From: a virus
IMG/VR virus record: IMGVR_UViG_3300046808_001301
DNA: 64,000 nucleotides
Reading direction: 5' to 3' (one strand)
The notes beneath the pieces are model-generated. The model made no database searches. It worked only from the letters and a program-made list of their open reading frames with translations, and was not told the origin of the DNA. The position numbers and the translations under genes were made by a program. Of the stretch, positions 56,897 through 64,000 are shown in pieces (position 1 is the first letter of the stretch; the number at the start of each line of letters is the position of its first letter).

Positions 56897-57574
56897 TTAT
56901 TTACCTACTTTAAGAGAGTTAATAAAAATAGTTAACTGTTCTTTTAAGAAAGCATCAGTTTCTCTTTTAGGAAGCTTAGCTAATCCTTCTTTAAGATTAT
57001 CAAAAGCTGATGCAGAAACTTCTAAAATTCTTCCGTCTGTGCCTACCATCCATTCTCTAGATTCGAGAATTGATTCAAGCATTGCGTTTTGCACAGAAGG
57101 TTGATGAACTACATCCAAACAAATTAAATGGAAGTTGGAAACGCGTTTTCCTTCCGAAGATTCAGCAAGATTGCCGAGTCCGCGAGTAGAAATCCCCATT
57201 TGAATTTTGTCTTTAACGAGACTTTTAAGTAGTTGTCCCATTGGGGTGTCCAAGATCAAGGACTTGCCCATAAAATAATTTCCGTTTTGTTTTAACTCTG
57301 TAACCAAGTGACAAGCATTAACTGGGTTTACTTCAGTTGATTGGGGATGATTCATTTCCCCAAGAGCTCTACGGGTTTTGATCATGTCAGTTGCATAGCG
57401 ACCAACCTCTCGAGTCATTTCATCTAGCTGATAGATTCTGCCGTTTTGATTTTGCTTTTCAGCCATCATGTACGGACCAGTAATATAATATTTTTGAGGC
57501 TCTGACGAATTTTTTTCTTCTACGAGAAAGTCTAGTTGCTCATGCAATTCAGTGGTTAAGAATTTTAAACCCAT
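56897..57574 (-). CDS. gp21: Prohead protease
   Basis: NQNGRIY, ALGEMNHP, GISTRGLG, DVVHQPS. Confidence 0.96.
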   Translation of the reverse strand: MGLKFLTTELHEQLDFLVEEKNSSEPQKYYITGPYMMAEKQNQNGRIYQLDEMTREVGRYATDMIKTRRALGEMNHPQSTEVNPVNACHLVTELKQNGNYFMGKSLILDTPMGQLLKSLVKDKIQMGISTRGLGNLAESSEGKRVSNFHLICLDVVHQPSVQNAMLESILESREWMVGTDGRILEVSASAFDNLKEGLAKLPKRETDAFLKEQLTIFINSLKVGK

Positions 57575-57651
57575 ATGATTTATTTATTTAATTAACCACG
57601 ATAAATTATTTATCTCCTATTTGAATATATTTTTTTATAAGTATTATCACA

Positions 57652-57843
57652 ATGGAATGCAAGTTACATTCTCCTCCTCCTGATTTATTTGTTACTACGG
57701 GCAACAGAGGAACGCTATTTCCTAATTTAGATTGTCCAATCGAAACAGCAGTGCGCATTTGTCCGTTAATAATACAAGAAGGCGAAGAATATGTGTTGTA
57801 TTTAGAAACAGGAGATTTCTTGTTAATGCCTTGCGATCTATAA
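57652..57843 (+). CDS. Small structural protein (63 aa)
   Basis: TAAGTA 8 nt upstream; LYLETGDFLL motif typical of T4-like structural proteins. Confidence 0.6.
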   Translation: MECKLHSPPPDLFVTTGNRGTLFPNLDCPIETAVRICPLIIQEGEEYVLYLETGDFLLMPCDL

Positions 57844-57876
57844 CAAAATTCGATTTTAAGATAATTATTATAATAT

Positions 57877-59058
57877 ATGGCTGGAATAAAAATAACCGAT
57901 CTACCTTCTGTTAACGAAGTGCTTCGTACCGACCAAATGCTTATCGCAAGAGGAGAAACAACCAGAAAAGTATTCGGCACAGCTCTTACTACAAAAGAAG
58001 ATATTGCTGATTTAACTAATATTGTACGACAGCTTTCATCTTCTTCTCTTATTCCGGAAGAGTCTGAATTAATTTCACTATATTACAATCCGTTAACAAA
58101 GAGACTTTCAGCTGAAATCGAGGGGGTTATTCCTCAGTCGCTAGGAGGAACCGGGTATCAATCATACACGGAAAATCAAACATTGATTGCTGACGCTTAT
58201 GGAGTTTTAAGAAAATTTGAATTTACAGCAGGCAGAGGAATGCTGCTTAGTGCTGATCAAGGAACGTTTAAATTTATAAACACTGAGCCACATATTCCGA
58301 CAAATTTGTCTGCAACATATGTTAGTTCGTTTGTTAATTTGCATTCGTCTACTGGAGATGATACTACAATTGAATCATCTACTTTTTCAAGAGCGGGAGT
58401 AATGTCATCCCAAGACAAAGTTCGTTTGGATGATTTGTTTTTGTATAGAACAAGCCAGCCATTGGTATTTAGCAACAGTATTACAGCTACCAGTACTTTG
58501 TTAAGCGGGGCCAGAGTTGTTGTTATTGATTCAACCGATGATGTACAAATTACATTGCCATATGAAGTTCAACAAGGTTCAGCATTTCATTTTTTAAGAG
58601 CTAATTCAGGCTCTGTAACATTTGTTGGAAATCCTGGAGTTCAGATTTCAACTATTAAAAACAGTAGTTATCTCAAAATTCCTTATGTTAACGGAGAAGC
58701 CACTGCTTATTTTAATGCAGCAGGCCAATGGAAGTTGACAGGAGATCTTGCTTCTTTGTGGGACAGAACATTAACTGGCCCAAATTCAGTAGACGGGGAG
58801 CAAAAAGTGGGAATATTTACTAATGGAGCTTATGACTCAATTTATTATAAAAATGAGTGGGACAAAGCAACTACAAGTTTTAAATCCATGGTCGTGCACG
58901 TTGGTGGAATAGTAAGAGCAGCAATTGATTTTACTGAAGATAGATTAGGAAAACCCTTTGGTTACAGCATTGGGTCAGAATTAGGAGGACCTTCCATCCA
59001 AGACCCTGGTCCTACTTATTTCGGAACGTTTACGGCAGGAAACGTCAATTTGACTTAA
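57877..59058 (+). CDS. Fibre-like structural protein
   Basis: N-terminal IKITDLP, LGGTG, AGVMSSQDKVRLD; C-terminal domain shared with 29442..30410. Confidence 0.75.
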   Translation: MAGIKITDLPSVNEVLRTDQMLIARGETTRKVFGTALTTKEDIADLTNIVRQLSSSSLIPEESELISLYYNPLTKRLSAEIEGVIPQSLGGTGYQSYTENQTLIADAYGVLRKFEFTAGRGMLLSADQGTFKFINTEPHIPTNLSATYVSSFVNLHSSTGDDTTIESSTFSRAGVMSSQDKVRLDDLFLYRTSQPLVFSNSITATSTLLSGARVVVIDSTDDVQITLPYEVQQGSAFHFLRANSGSVTFVGNPGVQISTIKNSSYLKIPYVNGEATAYFNAAGQWKLTGDLASLWDRTLTGPNSVDGEQKVGIFTNGAYDSIYYKNEWDKATTSFKSMVVHVGGIVRAAIDFTEDRLGKPFGYSIGSELGGPSIQDPGPTYFGTFTAGNVNLT

Positions 59059-59504
59059 TTTATATTTAAATGTTTCTCTGTTAGTATTACAAACTGACAA
59101 CCGTGTCTTTCGCTATACTCTGTTGCAGCTTTCCATTTAGCTTGATTTTTTACATATTCAGCTTGTTGTCGCATTAACGTTTTTGTTTTTCTGTTTTTTT
59201 GAACAGGAGGTAGTGTCTGAGCATGAGGTTTAATTTCAATAAGAAATTTCTTTAACTCTCCGTTCTTATCTCTCATTGTAACGTTAAAGTCCGTAAAATA
59301 TCTACTAACTCTACCAGTTAACGGATTTTGATAAGGAATAACAACCGTTTCTGATCCCCAAGACAATATGTTTGGATTGTGATCAAACATTAGCATGCAT
59401 TTACACTCCCAGCCAGATCGATATGTTATAGGAAACGATCCTTTATATTTTTCAGGATGTTTTGGCGCAAATATGCCTTGCTTAAAATTTGAATTCTTTT
59501 TCAC
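59055..59504 (-). CDS. gp4: Head completion protein (gp4-like, TnsA-type nuclease fold)
   Basis: PEKYKG, YRSGWE, WGSE..IPY, RYFTDF, IEIKP..QT, NQAKW. Confidence 0.93.
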   Translation of the reverse strand: MKKNSNFKQGIFAPKHPEKYKGSFPITYRSGWECKCMLMFDHNPNILSWGSETVVIPYQNPLTGRVSRYFTDFNVTMRDKNGELKKFLIEIKPHAQTLPPVQKNRKTKTLMRQQAEYVKNQAKWKAATEYSERHGCQFVILTEKHLNIN

Positions 59505-60031
59505 TCAGAAATAACTTTTTTAAATAAATCAAAAAAAGCTAATTTTTCTTCGTATGGTTCATCTAACTTTGGAACATCTGAAAAAGAAGACTCGATTTTC
59601 TCATAACCATCTTGTCCAGCCATTTCAATGTCTTCTGACGTCAAAGGAATGCGTTTTGCTTGCACAAACTCAGCAAATTCAGATGATTGTGGATCCTGAA
59701 ATTTGACTACCGACCCATGAAGGTCGTTGTTGTCTCTAATTACTGTATACGCGTAGTCTACTTCTTCCAACGACCTGCCAATTTTGTATGTTAAGACAAC
59801 ATCAAAACTGTCTTTTTTAGACATATAATGGTACGTAACAACAGCAGTGCTTTTTGAGGGAAACCTAACGTTTTTAAACTGAAGATTTGAGCCAGCTTTA
59901 TTTGTATCTAAAGATTCTTCTACATTGGCATGCAAAGCAGCTATATATTTTTTAACTGGGCCCTCTGTGCAGCCAACCTTTTTTCCTGTATTTTTTTTAT
60001 ACACGCATTGTCCTTTTGAGTAGTATGGCAT
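59501..60031 (-). CDS. Hypothetical protein (MPYYSKGQCV...)
   Basis: The ATG at 60031 is preceded by TAAATA; the longer start overlaps the neighbouring gene. Confidence 0.7.
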   Translation of the reverse strand: MPYYSKGQCVYKKNTGKKVGCTEGPVKKYIAALHANVEESLDTNKAGSNLQFKNVRFPSKSTAVVTYHYMSKKDSFDVVLTYKIGRSLEEVDYAYTVIRDNNDLHGSVVKFQDPQSSEFAEFVQAKRIPLTSEDIEMAGQDGYEKIESSFSDVPKLDEPYEEKLAFFDLFKKVISE

Positions 60032-60045
60032 AATGTTATTTATCT

Positions 60046-60321
60046 TTACCAATCCGAGCATGCTGCTGCTTGAGGACTTCCAGCTTTTGCGGAAGAGCAC
60101 TTATGTCTAGCGCGGAATGCTTTTTTTCTTTTAGTGTTGCCTGATTTGCCAGTTACTCTGACTCCCTTTTGTCCCCAGTGGATTCTTTTGTAAGATCCGT
60201 CAGATTGTCTTGCGCACTTTGTCCACTTTTTCCCCTTTCTAGTAGAAGACGTTTTTTGAGTTGGACCAGTGCACTTACCAGCTTCGCTTAAAAGCTCCTC
60301 AACAAGCATTTGAAAATTCAT
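60046..60321 (-). CDS. Small basic protein with an RxxFRARHxC motif
   Basis: MNFQMLVEELLSEA leader; RKKAFRARHKC...C..W motif seen in T4-like phages. Confidence 0.75.
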   Translation of the reverse strand: MNFQMLVEELLSEAGKCTGPTQKTSSTRKGKKWTKCARQSDGSYKRIHWGQKGVRVTGKSGNTKRKKAFRARHKCSSAKAGSPQAAACSDW

Positions 60322-60339
60322 AAAAGTAATTATTAAAAA

Positions 60340-62043
60340 TTAGCCAATAAAGAAAGTTGGAGGCATATTATCTTGGTAAGAATTCATCAGCTCTTGCTCA
60401 AGTGTTTCTTTTTCTTTGATTCCTTCAGCCAGCAATGTTTGACTGTTAACTTGTCCTCCGCCAAACATATTAGTTCCCGAAAACTTTTCTCTTACTCTAG
60501 CAATTGCAATCTTGCTCAAAGCAAGAGCATATTTCTGCACCCATCTTTCTTTAATTAAATCTTTAATAGGTCTTTCAATATAGCAACCAACTATGCCTAA
60601 GAACGTATGATTTGATTGAGGTTCAGGAATAAGTCTAAGGACCTGAGATCTAGGATCAAATCTAAACTGAGATTGCATTGCTAGAACCTTGTTTCTTGTA
60701 TCAATAAACCCTTTCAGGACTTCCCATGTAACTAAGTCAAACCCAAAGTTACCGATCATGTAAGAAGAGTAAATTTGCTGAGCCATTGCTTGCTCCATTG
60801 TGAACAGGGTATTAATTCCTGTATCTTCTCCTTTGGAAAACTCAAAACAATCAACGACTTTTCTCCAGCTTGCTAAATCATAATCATAACCAGCAGACAA
60901 ACCTGGTGTTCTACTATTTCTCATTTCTGATGTTTTGTTAATCAAGCTATCAACTTTAATTCCTACACCAGGCAAATAAAGTTTGGAATCAAACACCAAA
61001 TATTCTTCCGTATAACCTGCCCATTTTGTAAAATACTCAATTGAGTCGGTGATATTGTCGTAAATTTGGTCGTCAGAAATTTCTAAATTAATCAACGGCG
61101 CTCCAAGCTGTCTTTGAATGCGATTTGAAAGGTCTTCGTATGTTTCAACAGACGCATTATATGTAGTTCCTCCTCGATTCGCATAACCAGGCGGAAGTAC
61201 TGGTCTCGGTGTCGGTTGAGGAGTTGGAACCGGAGTAGGAGTTGGAGGAGGTTGTGACCCCAATATAATAATACTACGAAATGTTAGAGAGTCTCCAGCG
61301 GTAACGGAAATTATTCCGTCTTGCCCTGGAAGAAATTCGCTATCCCTAATAAAGATGGCTTTGTTGTATTCTCCGGACGGAACTGTTAATTGAGCCCCCG
61401 TAGCTGCTGTAAATATACCAATTGGTTTCGCTGGATCAAAATATAAATTTAAATAAATGCTCGCTTGAGTATTGTTTGGAAGTGTGTATGCCTGAGAGTG
61501 ATCATACGTTCCAGGCATAATAATGTAACTAACTACTGAATTATTAAATGGCGTTGGCGTCGGAACAGGCGTAAGTGTGGGTGTTGGAGTTGAAGTCATT
61601 TCAACAGGAGTAGATGTAGGTATTACTGGAGTAGCAGTAGGAACTACAGGTGTCGAGGTTGGTTCAATAGGAGTAGCTGTAGGAACTACCGGAGTAGCAG
61701 TAGGCTCCACGGGTGTCGAAGTCGGAGTGGCAGTAGGAGGTATAAAAAGTTGAACAGTAATCGTCTGGCCATTAACAATGTAAGTACCGTCTGGAGCCAG
61801 TTCAGGAGACCACGATGTTACTTCCCAAGGATAAAAGACATCTTGAGACGACGAATAATACAATACGTCGGGTCCAGTTGCTATGTTATACAGGCCCCAA
61901 ATAGTTCCATTCCAATAAATTCTTTCGTCTCCGTAAGTGTATGCTGGTCGATCATTAAGCAGACCAACGTAATCAAGAGTTCTTCCTCCAATCCAGTTTG
62001 TAATAATTGGAGTCGTGTCAATTGGATCAGGAATTGCAGGCAT
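60340..62043 (-). CDS. gp13: Neck protein gp13-like with an N-terminal extension of about 290 aa
   Basis: RQLGAPLINLEISDDQI.D.I...IEYF and KYALAL...KFSG..MFGG...FFIG. Confidence 0.9.
   Translation of the reverse strand: MPAIPDPIDTTPIITNWIGGRTLDYVGLLNDRPAYTYGDERIYWNGTIWGLYNIATGPDVLYYSSSQDVFYPWEVTSWSPELAPDGTYIVNGQTITVQLFIPPTATPTSTPVEPTATPVVPTATPIEPTSTPVVPTATPVIPTSTPVEMTSTPTPTLTPVPTPTPFNNSVVSYIIMPGTYDHSQAYTLPNNTQASIYLNLYFDPAKPIGIFTAATGAQLTVPSGEYNKAIFIRDSEFLPGQDGIISVTAGDSLTFRSIIILGSQPPPTPTPVPTPQPTPRPVLPPGYANRGGTTYNASVETYEDLSNRIQRQLGAPLINLEISDDQIYDNITDSIEYFTKWAGYTEEYLVFDSKLYLPGVGIKVDSLINKTSEMRNSRTPGLSAGYDYDLASWRKVVDCFEFSKGEDTGINTLFTMEQAMAQQIYSSYMIGNFGFDLVTWEVLKGFIDTRNKVLAMQSQFRFDPRSQVLRLIPEPQSNHTFLGIVGCYIERPIKDLIKERWVQKYALALSKIAIARVREKFSGTNMFGGGQVNSQTLLAEGIKEKETLEQELMNSYQDNMPPTFFIG
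61549..61740 (-). repeat. Pro/Thr linker of degenerate 21-nt repeats (PT[AS]TP[VI]x) within gp13
   Basis: PTATPTSTPVEPTATPVVPTATPIEPTSTPVVPTATPVIPTSTP. Confidence 0.85.
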
Positions 62044-62067
62044 ATTACTATTTAATGAAAGTTAGTG

Positions 62068-63945
62068 TTACGCTGCCTCAATAGGAGCGGGAGCAGTTGG
62101 TGCTGCTGGAGCTCCAGTTGTTTCCGGAGCTGCTTCTGGTCCTCCTGCAGCTTCTTCTCCTGTTGGAGGTGGCATGGCCGATCCGCCTTCTCCAAAATCT
62201 GGTATAGCTCCTCCGCCACCGCCACCACCGCCTCCGCCAGCTTCTCCTCCACCTTCGGGAGCAGCTCCTCCAGCGGCTTGTTGCAATGCCAGCTGTTCTC
62301 TAAAGTTCGGGCCCATTTCCGTAATTCGTGCAATTTCCCAAGCTAGAGCAGCGTCTTTTCTGAGCCATTCTCTGTTTTCCATCATTTCGTTTGCTGACAT
62401 GTCCAAATAATACTTTTGAGCATAGGACTTTGAAATTGCTTCTGACTGAGTTGCTGTATTATAATTTTCAAACTTCATTGACAGCAATTGCTGATTGCGC
62501 ATTGCCATAAATGAAGTAGGTTCGTTAAATTTTAAATTAAGGTTTTGTTCTCTAAGTCTATATTCTTTCCAGAGACCCTTTAATTTCAAATGAGTAATAA
62601 ACGATTCTTTTATACCAACCGCAAAACGAGATTGGAGCCTGATAATAAATCTAGCAAACCTTAGCTCATCTCGAGTAATCTCAGCTCCATCTTTAAATGG
62701 ATCTCCAGCTGTCAAGAACCTTGAAATCGGAACCTTTAAGCTCTTATATAACTTTGTTAAAAAGTAATCCAAGTCTTTGATTTCTCCCAAGTTGCCTCCA
62801 GAAGGAAGAGTAGTTACATCAGTTCCTTTACCTTGAGCATCAACAGGAAACCAATAAGCATCCAACATGGATTGAGGATCATATACATTAGCTGTTCTTC
62901 CTTCTGCACTATTGAAAGTCTTTTTAGACCAATATTTCATCATGAGTCCTTTAATATATGACTCAGCTTTTGGAGGAGGCATGTTGCCTGTATATACTTT
63001 AAAAACAAGTCTTTCAGGAGCTCTCACTAAACGATAAATTACCACAGAATCTTCAATCAACGAAAGCTGTCTATAAGCTCTCTTTGCGTTTTCAACAAAC
63101 GGCAATCTAAATGTTTTAAATTCATTCCATAACCCAGAATGAATGTATGAAACCTGAGCTTTTTGCAAGAACAAAAGCTGTTGTTGATCTTCTGTGTTTA
63201 AAGAAGTTGTTGGTCCAATTATGGGCTTCTGTAAAAGATATCCTTTCAGCAATTCATTTTGTACATTATGGAAAACTGGATTAATCAGTTCAGACGGAAT
63301 CGACATTAAGCCAATAACTCCTAAATCTTCTTTGCCTTCTTTTATTAAATTTTCAAAAAAAAGTTCTCCATCAACTAACAACTGACGAAATTTTTCCCAT
63401 CCTGTGTGTCCCAAATCAAATATATTGATAAACTTTTTAAATTCTTTTTGTAATTCGTCTTGAATTGTTTTACTATACTCTCCGTTAACTAATTCAAACT
63501 TAATAATTTCTCCGTCTTCGTCCGTAACGATACACTCGTCACAAATTTCATCCAAACAATCAGCAAGTTCGGCATATGCTGCCATTCTTCTGTAATCAGT
63601 TAAGCGCCTTGGTTTATCTTTATCAATGTTAGCGTATACAAATGCTTGATAATCTTTATTGATGGAAAACGAAGCAGGAGAGCTTGAACCATACTGATCA
63701 GCGTTTGGCGGCTGAGACAAAAATACGGATTGGTCCTGCAACATTTCATCTCGTAACGAAGTTTGTTGTTTGAAATCATCAAACTTCGGATTGTTTTTAA
63801 CCATCGCGTCAATGATTTGATATGCATATGGTAACCTAGAAACAAACGCTCCTAACAAAGACGTCTGTGGATAAGGTTGAGGCTTAACAGAACCTGTAGA
63901 GTTTCCAGGGACTCCAGCGTTGTTCGTATATGGACGATAAATCAT
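62068..63945 (-). CDS. gp20: Portal protein
   Basis: YRRMA, VDGELF, QLSLIEDSVVIYRLVRAPERLVF, GGNLGEIKDLDYF, EITRDELRF. Confidence 0.98.
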   Translation of the reverse strand: MIYRPYTNNAGVPGNSTGSVKPQPYPQTSLLGAFVSRLPYAYQIIDAMVKNNPKFDDFKQQTSLRDEMLQDQSVFLSQPPNADQYGSSSPASFSINKDYQAFVYANIDKDKPRRLTDYRRMAAYAELADCLDEICDECIVTDEDGEIIKFELVNGEYSKTIQDELQKEFKKFINIFDLGHTGWEKFRQLLVDGELFFENLIKEGKEDLGVIGLMSIPSELINPVFHNVQNELLKGYLLQKPIIGPTTSLNTEDQQQLLFLQKAQVSYIHSGLWNEFKTFRLPFVENAKRAYRQLSLIEDSVVIYRLVRAPERLVFKVYTGNMPPPKAESYIKGLMMKYWSKKTFNSAEGRTANVYDPQSMLDAYWFPVDAQGKGTDVTTLPSGGNLGEIKDLDYFLTKLYKSLKVPISRFLTAGDPFKDGAEITRDELRFARFIIRLQSRFAVGIKESFITHLKLKGLWKEYRLREQNLNLKFNEPTSFMAMRNQQLLSMKFENYNTATQSEAISKSYAQKYYLDMSANEMMENREWLRKDAALAWEIARITEMGPNFREQLALQQAAGGAAPEGGGEAGGGGGGGGGGAIPDFGEGGSAMPPPTGEEAAGGPEAAPETTGAPAAPTAPAPIEAA

Positions 63946-64000
63946 TTTATTTAATTATTGTTTAAGACGATCTTGAACAACTCTATTTAATAGATTAAGT

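Noticed and set aside
1-64000. Stop-codon reassignment
   Set aside because: Core genes are full-length in the standard code, and TAA, TAG and TGA all terminate genes, including in ATGA overlaps.

Overview
A 64 kb segment of a large T4-like (contractile-tailed) bacteriophage genome, AT-rich and read in the standard genetic code. It holds most of the morphogenesis module in a rearranged order. The + strand carries terminase gp17, gp3, sheath gp18, tube gp19, an unusual gp5-like hub/spike and gp15. The - strand carries portal gp20, neck gp13, gp4, protease gp21, scaffold gp22 and major capsid gp23. Between these lie about 18 kb of modular fibre/adhesin genes, accessory enzymes (dCMP deaminase, metallophosphoesterase, PhoH, DenV-like glycosylase, GroES-like protein, nucleotide-sugar epimerase) and many small ORFs. 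Five observations stand out. (1) A translationally coupled operon of QueD-like, P-loop kinase, TGT/DpdA-like, glycosyltransferase, DUF366-like and gp62-like genes, a candidate new 7-deazaguanine hypermodification pathway. (2) A set of proteins with capsid-targeting-like leaders, including a ligase-motif protein paired with a HIGH nucleotidyltransferase. (3) A gp5 whose OB-fold is interrupted by two different putative peptidoglycan hydrolases. (4) Almost gene-by-gene promoters placed so that many transcripts would be leaderless. (5) Mucin-like PT stalks and a recurrent [LIV]S[AGS] motif in virion proteins, suggesting virion glycosylation. All family assignments come from motif recognition by eye; no database search was run.
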